Assembly: GCA_964016885.1 (NCBI GenBank)
Contig: OZ024740.1
Coordinates: 430,032,001-430,096,000 of the forward strand
Length of the DNA: 64,000 nucleotides
DNA from: Eledone cirrhosa
Taxonomy: Eukaryota
Direction of reading: 5' to 3'
The notes under the pieces are model-generated. The model was not told the DNA's origin and made no database searches. It was given only the letters and a program-made list of their open reading frames with translations. Position numbers and translations under genes: made by a program. Position 1 is the first letter of the stretch, and the number at the start of each line of letters is the position of its first letter. Of this stretch, positions 12,001-27,000 are shown piece by piece.

Positions 12001-15000
12001 TGGTGTAGGTGGTGCCAGATGTACAATACCATGTGGAGGAGGTGAGACAGGAGTTTCTGACAGTAATGTTTACCACCAAAGTTACCTTGATGTAGGTGGT
12101 GCCAGATACATAATAACATGTGGAGGAGGTGAGACAGGAGTTTCTGACTGTAATGCCTACCACCAAAGTTACCTTGGTGTAGGTGGTGCCAGATGTACAA
12201 CAACATGTGGAGGAGGTGAGACAGGAGTTTCTCACAGTAATGTCTACCACCAAAGTTACCTTGGTGTAGGTGGTGCCAGATACACAATAACATGTGGTGG
12301 AGGTGAGACAGGAGTTTCTGACAGTAATGTCTACCACCAAAGTTACTTTGGTGTAGGTGGTGCCAGATACACAATAACATGTGGAGGAGGTGAGACAGGA
12401 GTTTCTGACAGTAATGTCTACCACCAAAGTTACCTTGGTGTAGGTGGTGCCAGATGTAGAATAACATGTGGAGGAGGTGAGACAGGAGTTTCTGACAGTA
12501 ATGTCTACCACCAAAGTTACCTTGGTGTAGGTGGTGCCAGATACATAATAACATATGGAGGAGGTGAGACAGGAGTTTCTGACAGTAATGTCTACCACCA
12601 AAGTTACCTTGCTGTAGGTGGTGCCAGATGTACAACATGTGGAGGAGGTGAGACAGGAGTTTCTGACAGTAATGTCTTCCACCAAAGTTACCTTGGTGTA
12701 GGTGGTGCCAGATACACAATAACATGTGGAGGAGGTGAGACAGGAGTTTCTGACAGTAATGTCTACCACCAAAGTTACCTTGGTGTAGGTGGTGCCAGAT
12801 ACACAATAACATGTGGAGGAGGTGAGACAGGAGTTTCTGACAGTAATGTCTACAACCAAAGTTACCTTGGTGTAGGTGGTGCCAGATACATAATAACATG
12901 TGGTGGAGGTTAGACAGGAGTTTCTGACTGTAATGTCTACCACCAAAGTTACCTTGGTGTAGGTGGTGCCAGATACATAATAACATGTGGAGGAGGTGAG
13001 ACAGGAGTTTCTGACAGTAATGTCTACCACCAAAGTTACCTTGGTGTAGGTGGTGCCAGATGTACAACAACATGTGGTGGAGGTGAGACAGGAGTTTCTG
13101 ACTGTAATGTCTACCACCAAAGTTACCTTGGTGTAGATGGTGCCAGATACACAATAACATGTGGAGGAGGTGAGACAGGAGTTTCTGACAGTAATGTCTA
13201 CCACCAAAGTTACCTTGGTGTAGGTGGTGCCAGATGTACAACAACATGTGGAGGAGGTGAGACAGGAGTTTCTGACAGTAATGTCTACCACCAAAGTTAC
13301 CTTGGTGTAGGTGGTGCCAGATGTACAATAACATGTGGAGGAGGTCAGACAGGAGTTTCTGACGGTAATGTCTACCACCAAAGTTACCTTGGTGTAGGTG
13401 GGGCCAGATGTACAATAACATATGGAGGAGGTGAGACAGGAGTTTCTGACAGTAATGTCTACCACCAAAGTTACCTTGGTGTAGGTGGTGCCAGATACAC
13501 AATAACATATGGAGGAGGTGAGACAGGAGTCTCTAACAGTAATGTCTACCACCAAAGTTACCTTCGTGTAGGTGGTGCCAGATACATAATAACATGTGGA
13601 GGAGGTGAGACAGGAGTTTCTGACTGTAATGTCTACCACCAAAGTTACCTTGGTGTAGGTGGTGCCAGATACACAATAACATGTGGAGGAGGTGAGACAG
13701 GAGTTTCTGACTGTAATGTCTACCACCAAAGTTACCTTGGTGTAGGTGGTGCCAAATACATAATAACATGTGGAGGAGGTGAGACAGGAGTTTCTGACTG
13801 TAATATCTACCACCAAAGTTACCTTGGTGTAGGTGGTGCCAGATACATAACATGTGGAGGAGGTGAGACAGGAGTTTCTGACAGTAATGTCTACCACCAA
13901 AGTTACCTTGGTGTAGGTGGTGCCAGATACACAATAACATGTGGAGGAGGTGAGACAGGAGTTTCTGACAGTAATGTCTACCACCAAAGTTACCTTGGTG
14001 TAGGTGGTGCCAGATACACAATAACATGTGGAGGAGGTGAGACAGGAGTTTCTGACAGTAATGTCTACCACCAAAGTTACCTTGGTGTAGGTGGTGCCAG
14101 ATGTAGAATAACATGTGGAGGAGGGGAGACAGGAGTTTCTGACAGTAATGTCTACCACCAAAGTTACCTTGCTGTAGGTGGTGCCAGATGTACAACATGT
14201 GGAGGAGGTGAGACAGGAGTTTCTGACAGTAATGTCTACCACCAAAGTTACCTTGGTGTAGGTGGTGCCAGATACACAATAACATGTGGAGGAGGTGAGA
14301 CAGGAGTTTCTGACAGTAATGTCTACCACCAAAGTTACCTTGGTGTAGGTGGTGCCAGATACACAATAACATGTGGAGGAGGTGAGACAGGAGTTTCTGA
14401 CAGTAATGTCTACAACCAAAGTTACCTTGGTGTAGGTGGTGCCAGATACATAATAGCATGTGGTGGAGGTTAGACAGGAGTTTCTGACTGTAATGTCTAC
14501 CACCAAAGTTACCTTGGTGTAGGTGGTGCCAGATACATAATAACATGTGGAGGAGGTGAGACAGGAGTTTCTGACAGTAATGTCTACCACCAAAGTTACC
14601 TTGGTGTAGGTGGTGCCAGATGTACAACAACATGTGGTGGAGGTGAGACAGGAGTTTCTGACTGTAATGTCTACCACCAAAGTTACCTTGGTGTAGATGG
14701 TGCCAGATACACAATAACATGTGGAGGAGGTGAGACAGGAGTTTCTGACAGTAATGTCTACCACCAAAGTTACCTTGGTGTAGGTGGTGCCAGATGTACA
14801 ACAACATGTGGAGGAGGTGAGACAGGAGTTTCTGACAGTAATGTCTACCACCAAAGTTACCTTGGTGTAGGTGGTGCCAGATACACAATAACATGTGGAG
14901 GAGGTGAGACAGGAGTTTCTGACAGTAATATCTACCACCAAAGTTACCTTGGTGTAGGTGGTGCTTGATGTACAACAACATGTGGAGGAGGTGAGACAGG

Positions 15001-18000
15001 AGTTTCTGACAGTAATGTCTACCACCAAAGTTACCTTGGTGTAGGTGGTGCCAGATACACAATAACATGTGGAGGAGGTGAGACAGGAGTTTCTGACAGT
15101 AATGTCTACCACCAAAGTTACCTTGGTGTAGGTGGTGCCAGATACACAATAACATGTGGAGGAGGTGAGACAGGAGTTTCTGACAGTAATGTCTACCACC
15201 AAAGTTACCTTGGTGTAGGTGGTGCCAGATACACAATAACATGTGGAGGAGGTGAGACAGGAGTTTCTGACAGTAATGTCTACCACCAAAGTTACCTTGG
15301 TGTAGGTGGTGCCAGATGTACAATAACATGTGGAGGAGGTGAGACAGGAGTTTCTGACAGTAATGTCTACCACCAAAGTTACCTTGGTGTAGGTGGTGCC
15401 AGATACACAATAACATGTGGAGGAGGTGAGACAGGAGTTTCTGACAGTAATGTCTACCACCAAAGTTACCATGGTGTAGGTGGTGCCAGATGTACAACAA
15501 CATATGGAGGAGGTGAGACAGGAGTTTCTGACAGTAATGTCTACCACCAAAGTTACCTTGGTGTAGGTGGTGCCAGATACACAATAACATGTGGAGGAGG
15601 TGAGACAGGAGTTTCTGACAGTAATATCTACCACCAAAGTTACCTTGGTGTAGGTGGTGCCAGATGTACAACAACATGTGAAGGAGGTGAGACAGGAGTT
15701 TCTGACAGTAATGTCTACCACCAAAGTTACCTTGGTGTAGGTGGTGCCAGATACACAATAACATGTGGAGGAGGTGAGACAGGAGTTTCTGACAGTAATG
15801 TCTACCACCAGAGTTACCTTGTTGTAGGTGGTGCCAGATGTACAATAACATATGGAGGAGGTGAGACAGGTGTTTCTGACAGTAATGTCTACCACCAAAG
15901 TTACCTTGGTGTAGGTGGTGCCAGATACACAATAACATGTGGAGGAGGTGGGGCAGGAGTTGCTGACAGTAATGTCTACCACCAAAGTTACCTTGGTGTA
16001 GGTGGTGCCAGATACATAAAAACAAGTGGAGGAGGTGAGACAGGAGTTTCTGACAGTAATGTCTACCACCAAAGTTACCTTGGTGTAGGTGGTGCCAGAT
16101 GTACAATAATATGTGGAGGAGGTGAGACAGGAGTTTCTGACAGTAATGTCTACCACCAAAGTTACCTTGGTGTAGGTGGTGCCAGATACACAATAACATG
16201 TGGAGGAGGTGAGACAGGAGTTTCTGACAGTAATGTCTACCTCCAAAGTTACCTTGATGTAGGTGGTGCCAGATGTACAATAACATATGGAGGAGGTGAG
16301 ACAGGAGTCTCTGACAGTAATGTCTACCACCAAAGTTACCTTGGTGTAGGTGGTGCCAGATACATAATAACATGTGGAGGAGGTGAGACAGGAGTTTCTG
16401 ACAGTAATGTCTACCACCAAAGTTACCTTGGTGTAGGTGGTGCCAGATACACAATAACATATGGAGGAGGTGAGACAGGAGTTTCTGACAGTAATATCTA
16501 CCACCAAAGTTACCTTGGTGTAGGTGGTGCCAGATGTACAACAACATGTGGAGGAGGTGAGACAGGAGTTTCTGACAGTAATGTCTACCACCAAAGTTAC
16601 CTTGGTGTAGGTGGTGCCAGACACACAATAACATGTGGAGGAGGTGAGACAGGAGTTTCTGACTGTAATGTCTACCACCAAAGTTACCTTGGTGTAGGTG
16701 GTGCCAGATACACAATAACAAGTGGAGGAGGTGAGACAGGAGTTTCTGACAGTAATGTCTACCACCAAAGTTACCTTGGTGTAGGTGGTGCCAGATGTAC
16801 AATAATATGTGGAGGAGGTGAGACAGGAGTTTCTGACAGTAATGTCTACCACCAAAGTTACCTTGGTGTAGGTGGTGCCAGATGTACAATAACATATGGA
16901 GGAGGTGAGACAGGAGTTTCTGACAGTAATGTCTACCACCAAAGTTACCTTGGTGTAGGTGGTGCCAGATGTACAATAACATATGGAGGAGGTGAGACAG
17001 GAGTCTCTGACAGTAATGTCTAGCACCAAAGTTACCTTGGTGTAGGTGGTGCCAGATACATAATAACATGTGGAGGAGGTGAGACAGGAGTTTCTGACAG
17101 TAATGTCTACCACCAAAGTTACCTTGGTGTAGGTGGTGCCAGATACATAATAACATGTGGAGGAGGTGAGACAGGAGTTTCTGACAGTGATGTCTACCAC
17201 CAAAGTTACCTTGGTGTAGGTGGTGCCAGATACATAATAACATGTGGAGGAGGTGAGACAGGAGTTTCTGACTGTAATGTCTACCAACAAAGTTACCTTG
17301 GTGTAGGTGGTGCCAGATGTACAATACCATGTGGAGGAGGTGAGACAGGAGTTTCTGACAGTAATGTTTACCACCAAAGTTACCTTGATGTAGGTGGTGC
17401 CAGATACATAATAACATGTGGAGGAGGTGAGACAGGAGTTTCTGACTGTAATGCCTACCACCAAAGTTACCTTGGTGTAGGTGGTGCCAGATGTACAACA
17501 ACATGTGGAGGAGGTGAGACAGGAGTTTCTCACAGTAATGTCTACCACCAAAGTTACCTTGGTGTAGGTGGTGCCAGATACACAATAACATGTGGTGGAG
17601 GTGAGACAGGAGTTTCTGACAGTAATGTCTACCACCAAAGTTACCTTGGTGTAGGTGGTGCCAGATGTAGAATAACATGTGGAGGAGGTGAGACAGGAGT
17701 TTCTGACAGTAATGTCTACCACCAAAGTTACCTTGGTGTAGGTGGTGCCAGATACATAATAACATATGGAGGAGGTGAGACAGGAGTTTCTGACAGTAAT
17801 GTCTACCACCAAAGTTACCTTGCTGTAGGTGGTGCCAGATGTACAACATGTGGAGGAGGTGAGACAGGAGTTTCTGACAGTAATGTCTTCCACCAAAGTT
17901 ACCTTGGTGTAGGTGGTGCCAGATACACAATAACATGTGGAGGAGGTGAGACAGGAGTTTCTGACAGTAATGTCTACCACCAAAGTTACCTTGGTGTAGG

Positions 18001-21000
18001 TGGTGCCAGATACACAATAACATGTGGAGGAGGTGAGACAGGAGTTTCTGACAGTAATGTCTACAACCAAAGTTACCTTGGTGTAGGTGGTGCCAGATAC
18101 ATAATAACATGTGGTGGAGGTTAGACAGGAGTTTCTGACTGTAATGTCTACCACCAAAGTTACCTTGGTGTAGGTGGTGCCAGATACATAATAACATGTG
18201 GAGGAGGTGAGACAGGAGTTTCTGACAGTAATGTCTACCACCAAAGTTACCTTGGTGTAGGTGGTGCCAGATGTACAACAACATGTGGTGGAGGTGAGAC
18301 AGGAGTTTCTGACTGTAATGTCTACCACCAAAGTTACCTTGGTGTAGATGGTGCCAGATACACAATAACATGTGGAGGAGGTGAGACAGGAGTTTCTGAC
18401 AGTAATGTCTACCACCAAAGTTACCTTGGTGTAGGTGGTGCCAGATACACAATAACATGTGGAGGAGGTGAGACAGGAGTTTCTGACTGTAATGTCTACC
18501 ACCAAAGTTACCTTGGTGTAGGTGGTGCCAAATACATAATAACATGTGGAGGAGGTGAGACAGGAGTTTCTGACTGTAATATCTACCACCAAAGTTACCT
18601 TGGTGTAGGTGGTGCCAGATACATAACATGTGGAGGAGGTGAGACAGGAGTTTCTGACAGTAATGTCTACCACCAAAGTTACCTTGGTGTATGTGGTGCC
18701 AGATACACAATAACATGTGGAGGAGGTGAGACAGGAGTTTCTGACAGTAATGTCTACCACCAAAGTTACCTTGGTGTAGGTGGTGCCAGATACACAATAA
18801 CATGTGGAGGAGGTGAGACAGGAGTTTCTGACAGTAATGTCTACCACCAAAGTTACCTTGGTGTAGGTGGTGCCAGATGTAGAATAACATGTGGAGGAGG
18901 GGAGACAGGAGTTTCTGACAGTAATGTCTACCACCAAAGTTACCTTGCTGTAGGTGGTGCCAGATGTACAACATGTGGAGGAGGTGAGACAGGAGTTTCT
19001 GACAGTAATGTCTACCACCAAAGTTACCTTGGTGTAGGTGGTGCCAGATACACAATAACATGTGGAGGAGGTGAGACAGGAGTTTCTGACAGTAATGTCT
19101 ACCACCAAAGTTACCTTGGTGTAGGTGGTGCCAGATACACAATAACATGTGGAGGAGGTGAGACAGGAGTTTCTGACAGTAATGTCTACAACCAAAGTTA
19201 CCTTGGTGTAGGTGGTGCCAGATACATAATAGCATGTGGTGGAGGTTAGACAGGAGTTTCTGACTGTAATGTCTACCACCAAAGTTACCTTGGTGTAGGT
19301 GGTGCCAGATACATAATAACATGTGGAGGAGGTGAGACAGGAGTTTCTGACAGTAATGTCTACCACCAAAGTTACCTTGGTGTAGGTGGTGCCAGATGTA
19401 CAACAACATGTGGTGGAGGTGAGACAGGAGTTTCTGACTGTAATGTCTACCACCAAAGTTACCTTGGTGTAGATGGTGCCAGATACACAATAACATGTGG
19501 AGGAGGTGAGACAGGAGTTTCTGACAGTAATGTCTACCACCAAAGTTACCTTGGTGTAGGTGGTGCCAGATGTACAACAACATGTGGAGGAGGTGAGACA
19601 GGAGTTTCTGACAGTAATGTCTACCACCAAAGTTACCTTGGTGTAGGTGGTGCCAGATACACAATAACATGTGGAGGAGGTGAGACAGGAGTTTCTGACA
19701 GTAATATCTACCACCAAAGTTACCTTGGTGTAGGTGGTGCTTGATGTACAACAACATGTGGAGGAGGTGAGACAGGAGTTTCTGACAGTAATGTCTACCA
19801 CCAAAGTTACCTTGGTGTAGGTGGTGCCAGATACACAATAACATGTGGAGGAGGTGAGACAGGAGTTTCTGACAGTAATGTCTACCACCAAAGTTACCTT
19901 GGTGTAGGTGGTGCCAGATACACAATAACATGTGGAGGAGGTGAGACAGGAGTTTCTGACAGTAATGTCTACCACCAAAGTTACCTTGGTGTAGGTGGTG
20001 CCAGATACACAATAACATGTGGAGGAGGTGAGACAGGAGTTTCTGACAGTAATGTCTACCACCAAAGTTACCTTGGTGTAGGTGGTGCCAGATGTACAAT
20101 AACATGTGGAGGAGGTGAGACAGGAGTTTCTGACAGTAATGTCTACCACCAAAGTTACCTTGGTGTAGGTGGTGCCAGATACACAATAACATGTGGAGGA
20201 GGTGAGACAGGAGTTTCTGACAGTAATGTCTACCACCAAAGTTACCATGGTGTAGGTGGTGCCAGATGTACAACAACATATGGAGGAGGTGAGACAGGAG
20301 TTTCTGACAGTAATGTCTACCACCAAAGTTACCTTGGTGTAGGTGGTGCCAGATACACAATAACATGTGGAGGAGGTGAGACAGGAGTTTCTGACAGTAA
20401 TATCTACCACCAAAGTTACCTTGGTGTAGGTGGTGCCAGATGTACAACAACATGTGAAGGAGGTGAGACAGGAGTTTCTGACAGTAATGTCTACCACCAA
20501 AGTTACCTTGGTGTAGGTGGTGCCAGATACACAATAACATGTGGAGGAGGTGAGACAGGAGTTTCTGACAGTAATGTCTACCACCAGAGTTACCTTGTTG
20601 TAGGTGGTGCCAGATGTACAATAACATATGGAGGAGGTGAGACAGGTGTTTCTGACAGTAATGTCTACCACCAAAGTTACCTTGGTGTAGGTGGTGCCAG
20701 ATACACAATAACATGTGGAGGAGGTGGGGCAGGAGTTGCTGACAGTAATGTCTACCACCAAAGTTACCTTGGTGTAGGTGGTGCCAGATACATAAAAACA
20801 AGTGGAGGAGGTGAGACAGGAGTTTCTGACAGTAATGTCTACCACCAAAGTTACCTTGGTGTAGGTGGTGCCAGATGTACAATAATATGTGGAGGAGGTG
20901 AGACAGGAGTTTCTGACAGTAATGTCTACCACCAAAGTTACCTTGGTGTAGGTGGTGCCAGATACACAATAACATGTGGAGGAGGTGAGACAGGAGTTTC

Positions 21001-24000
21001 TGACAGTAATGTCTACCTCCAAAGTTACCTTGATGTAGGTGGTGCCAGATGTACAATAACATATGGAGGAGGTGAGACAGGAGTCTCTGACAGTAATGTC
21101 TACCACCAAAGTTACCTTGGTGTAGGTGGTGCCAGATACATAATAACATGTGGAGGAGGTGAGACAGGAGTTTCTGACAGTAATGTCTACCACCAAAGTT
21201 ACCTTGGTGTAGGTGGTGCCAGATACACAATAACATATGGAGGAGGTGAGACAGGAGTTTCTGACAGTAATATCTACCACCAAAGTTACCTTGGTGTAGG
21301 TGGTGCCAGATGTACAACAACATGTGGAGGAGGTGAGACAGGAGTTTCTGACAGTAATGTCTACCACCAAAGTTACCTTGGTGTAGGTGGTGCCAGACAC
21401 ACAATAACATGTGGAGGAGGTGAGACAGGAGTTTCTGACTGTAATGTCTACCACCAAAGTTACCTTGGTGTAGGTGGTGCCAGATACACAATAACAAGTG
21501 GAGGAGGTGAGACAGGAGTTTCTGACAGTAATGTCTACCACCAAAGTTACCTTGGTGTAGGTGGTGCCAGATGTACAATAATATGTGGAGGAGGTGAGAC
21601 AGGAGTTTCTGACAGTAATGTCTACCACCAAAGTTACCTTGGTGTAGGTGGTGCCAGATGTACAATAACATATGGAGGAGGTGAGACAGGAGTTTCTGAC
21701 AGTAATGTCTACCACCAAAGTTACCTTGGTGTAGGTGGTGCCAGATGTACAATAACATATGGAGGAGGTGAGACAGGAGTCTCTGACAGTAATGTCTAGC
21801 ACCAAAGTTACCTTGGTGTAGGTGGTGCCAGATACATAATAACATGTGGAGGAGGTGAGACAGGAGTTTCTGACAGTAATGTCTACCACCAAAGTTACCT
21901 TGGTGTAGGTGGTGCCAGATACATAATAACATGTGGAGGAGGTGAGACAGGAGTTTCTGACAGTGATGTCTACCACCAAAGTTACCTTGGTGTAGGTGGT
22001 GCCAGATACATAATAACATGTGGAGGAGGTGAGACAGGAGTTTCTGACTGTAATGTCTACCAACAAAGTTACCTTGGTGTAGGTGGTGCCAGATGTACAA
22101 TACCATGTGGAGGAGGTGAGACAGGAGTTTCTGACAGTAATGTTTACCACCAAAGTTACCTTGATGTAGGTGGTGCCAGATACATAATAACATGTGGAGG
22201 AGGTGAGACAGGAGTTTCTGACTGTAATGCCTACCACCAAAGTTACCTTGGTGTAGGTGGTGCCAGATGTACAACAACATGTGGAGGAGGTGAGACAGGA
22301 GTTTCTCACAGTAATGTCTACCACCAAAGTTACCTTGGTGTAGGTGGTGCCAGATACACAATAACATGTGGTGGAGGTGAGACAGGAGTTTCTGACAGTA
22401 ATGTCTACCACCAAAGTTACTTTGGTGTAGGTGGTGCCAGATACACAATAACATGTGGAGGAGGTGAGACAGGAGTTTCTGACAGTAATGTCTACCACCA
22501 AAGTTACCTTGGTGTAGGTGGTGCCAGATGTAGAATAACATGTGGAGGAGGTGAGACAGGAGTTTCTGACAGTAATGTCTACCACCAAAGTTACCTTGGT
22601 GTAGGTGGTGCCAGATACATAATAACATATGGAGGAGGTGAGACAGGAGTTTCTGACAGTAATGTCTACCACCAAAGTTACCTTGCTGTAGGTGGTGCCA
22701 GATGTACAACATGTGGAGGAGGTGAGACAGGAGTTTCTGACAGTAATGTCTTCCACCAAAGTTACCTTGGTGTAGGTGGTGCCAGATACACAATAACATG
22801 TGGAGGAGGTGAGACAGGAGTTTCTGACAGTAATGTCTACCACCAAAGTTACCTTGGTGTAGGTGGTGCCAGATACACAATAACATGTGGAGGAGGTGAG
22901 ACAGGAGTTTCTGACAGTAATGTCTACAACCAAAGTTACCTTGGTGTAGGTGGTGCCAGATACATAATAACATGTGGTGGAGGTTAGACAGGAGTTTCTG
23001 ACTGTAATGTCTACCACCAAAGTTACCTTGGTGTAGGTGGTGCCAGATACATAATAACATGTGGAGGAGGTGAGACAGGAGTTTCTGACAGTAATGTCTA
23101 CCACCAAAGTTACCTTGGTGTAGGTGGTGCCAGATGTACAACAACATGTGGTGGAGGTGAGACAGGAGTTTCTGACTGTAATGTCTACCACCAAAGTTAC
23201 CTTGGTGTAGATGGTGCCAGATACACAATAACATGTGGAGGAGGTGCGACAGGAGTTTCTGACAGTAATGTCTACCACCAAAGTTACCTTGGTGTAGGTG
23301 GTGCCAGATGTACAACAACATGTGGAGGAGGTGAGACAGGAGTTTCTGACAGTAATGTCTACCACCAAAGTTACCTTGGTGTAGGTGGTGCCAGATACAC
23401 AATAACATGTGGAGGAGGTGAGACAGGAGTTTCTGACAGTAATATCTACCACCAAAGTTACCTTGGTGTAGGTGGTGCTTGATGTACAACAACATGTGGA
23501 GGAGGTGAGACAGGAGTTTCTGACAGTAATGTCTACCACCAAAGTTACCTTGGTGTAGGTGGTGCCAGATACACAATAACATGTGGAGGAGGTGAGACAG
23601 GAGTTTCTGACAGTAATGTCTACCACCAAAGTTACCTTGGTGTAGGTGGTGCCAGATACACAATAACATGTGGAGGAGGTGAGACAGGAGTTTCTGACAG
23701 TAATGTCTACCACCAAAGTTACCTTGGTGTAGGTGGTGCCAGATGTACAATAACATGTGGAGGAGGTGAGACAGGAGTTTCTGACAGTAATGTCTACCAC
23801 CAAAGTTACCTTGGTGTAGGTGGTGTCAGATACACAATAACATGTGGAAGGGGTGAGACAGGAGTTTCTGACAGTAATGTCTACCACCAAAGTTACCTTG
23901 GTGTAGGTGGTGCCAGATACACAATAACATGTGGAGGAGGTGAGACAGGAGTTTCTGACAGTAATGTCTACCACCAAAGTTACCATGGTGTAGGTGGTGC

Positions 24001-27000
24001 CAGATGTACAACAACATATGGAGGAGGTGAGACAGGAGTTTCTGACAGTAATGTCTACCACCAAAGTTACCTTGGTGTAGGTGGTGCCAGATACACAATA
24101 ACATGTGGAGGAGGTGAGACAGGAGTTTCTGACAGTAATGTCTACCACCAAAGTTACCTTGGTGTAGGTGGTGCCAGATGTACAATAACATATTGAGGAG
24201 GTGAGACAGGAGTTTCTGACAGTAATGTCTACCACCAAAGTTACCTTGGTGTAGGTGGTGCCAGATACACAATAACATGTGGAGGAGGTGAGACAGGAGT
24301 TTCTGACAGTAATGACTACCACCAAAGTTACCTTGGTGTAGGTGGTGCCAGATGTACAATAACATATGGAGGAGGTGAGACAGGTGTTTCTGACAGTAAT
24401 GTCTACCACCAAAGTTACCTTGGTGTAGGTGGTGCCAGATACATAATAACATGTGGAGGAGGTGAGACAGGAGTTTCTGACAGTAACGTCTTCCAAAGTT
24501 ACCTTGGTGTAGGTGGTGCCAGATGTAGAATAACATGTGGAGGAGGTGAGACAGGAGTTTCTGACAGTAATGTCTACCACCAAAGTTACCTTGGTGTAGG
24601 TGGTGCCAGATGTAGAATAACATGTGGAGGAGGGGAGACAGGAGTTTCTGACAGTAATGTCTACCACCAAAGTTACCTTGCTGTAGGTGGTGCCAGATGT
24701 ACAACATGTGGAGGAGGTGAGACAGGAGTTTCTGACAGTAATGTCTACCACCAAAGTTACCTTGGTGTAGGTGGTGCCAGATACACAATAACATGTGGAG
24801 GAGGTGAGACAGGAGTTTCTGACAGTAATGTCTACAACCAAAGTTACCTTGGTGTAGGTGGTGCCAGATACATAATAACATGTGGTGGAGGTTAGACAGG
24901 AGTTTCTGACTGTAATGTCTACCACCAAAGTTACCTTGGTGTAGGTGGTGCCAGATACATAATAACATGTGGAGGAGGTGAGACAGGAGTTTCTGACAGT
25001 AATGTCTACCACCAAAGTTACCTTGGTGTAGGTGGTGCCAGATGTACAACAACATGTGGTGGAGGTGAGACAGGAGTTTCTGACTGTAATGTCTACCACC
25101 AAAGTTACCTTGGTGTAGATGGTGCCAGATACACAATAACATGTGGAGGAGGTGAGACAGGAGTTTCTGACAGTAATGTCTACCACCAAAGTTACCTTGG
25201 TGTAGGTTGTGCCAGATACACAATAACATGTGGAGGAGGTGAGACAGGAGTTTCTGACAGTAATATCTACCACCAAAGTTACCTTGGTGTAGGTGGTGCT
25301 TGATGTACAACAACATGTGGAGGAGGTGAGACAGGAGTTTCTGACAGTAATGTCTACCACCAAAGTTACCTTGGTGTAGGTGGTGCCAGATACACAATAA
25401 CATGTGGAGGAGGTGAGACAGGAGTTTCTGACAGTAATGTCTACCACCAAAGTTACCTTGGTGTAGGTGGTGCCAGATACACAATAACATGTGGAGGAGG
25501 TGAGACAGGAGTTTCTGACTGTAATGTCTACCACCAAAGTTACCTTGGTGTAGGTGGTGCCAGATACATAATAACATGTGAAGGAGGTGAGACAGGAGTT
25601 TCTGACTGTAATATCTACCACCAAAGTTACCTTGGTGTAGGTGGTGCCAGATACATAATAACATGTGGAGGAGGTGAGACAGGAGTTTCTGACAGTAACG
25701 TCTTCCAAAGTTACCTTGGTGTAGGTGGTGCCAGATACACAATAACATGTGGAGGAGGTGAGACAGGAGTTTCTGACAGTAATGTCTACCACCAAAGTTA
25801 CCTTGGTGTAGGTGGTGCCAGATGTAGAATAACATGTGGAGGAGGGGAGACAGGAGTTTCTGACAGTAATGTCTACCACCAAAGTTACCTTGGTGTAGGT
25901 GGTGCCAGATGTACAACATGTGGAGGAGGTGAGACAGGAGTTTCTGACAGTAATGTCTACCACCAAAGTTACCTTGGTGTAGGTGGTGCCAGATGTAGAA
26001 TAACATGTGGAGGAGGGGAGACAGGAGTTTCTGACAGTAATGTCTACCACCAAAGTTACCTTGCTGTAGGTGGTGCCAGATGTACAACATGTGGAGGAGG
26101 TGAGACAGGAGTTTCTGACAGTAATGTCTACCACCAAAGTTACCTTGGTGTAGGTGGTGCCAGATGTAGAATAACATGTGGAGGAGGGGAGACAGGAGTT
26201 TCTGACAGTAATGTCTACCACCAAAGTTACCTTGCTGTAGGTGGTGCCAGATGTACAACATGTGGAGGAGGTGAGACAGGAGTTTCTGACAGTAATGTCT
26301 ACCACCAAAGTTACCTTGGTGTAGGTGGTGCCAGATACACAATAACATGTGGAGGAGGTGAGACAGGAGTTTCTGACAGTAATGTCTACCACCAAAGTTA
26401 CCTTGGTGTAGGTGGTGCCAGATACACAATAACATGTGGAGGAGGTGAGACAGGAGTTTCTGACAGTAATGTCTACAACCAAAGTTACCTTGGTGTAGGT
26501 GGTGCCAGATACATAATAGCATGTGGTGGAGGTTAGACAGGAGTTTCTGACTGTAATGTCTACCACCAAACTTACCTTGGTGTAGGTGGTGCCAGATACA
26601 TAATAACATGTGGAGGAGGTGAGACAGGAGTTTCTGACAGTAATGTCTACCACCAAAGTTACCTTGGTGTAGGTGGTGCCAGATGTACAACAACATGTGG
26701 TGGAGGTGAGACAGGAGTTTCTGACTGTAATGTCTACCACCAAAGTTACCTTGGTGTAGATGGTGCCAGATACACAATAACATGTGGAGGAGGTGAGACA
26801 GGAGTTTCTGACAGTAATGTCTACCACCAAAGTTACCTTGGTGTAGGTGGTGCCAGATGTACAACAACATGTGGAGGAGGTGAGACAGGAGTTTCTGACA
26901 GTAATGTCTACCACCAAAGTTACCTTGGTGTAGGTGGTGCCAGATACACAATAACATGTGGAGGAGGTGAGACAGGAGTTTCTGACAGTAATATCTACCA

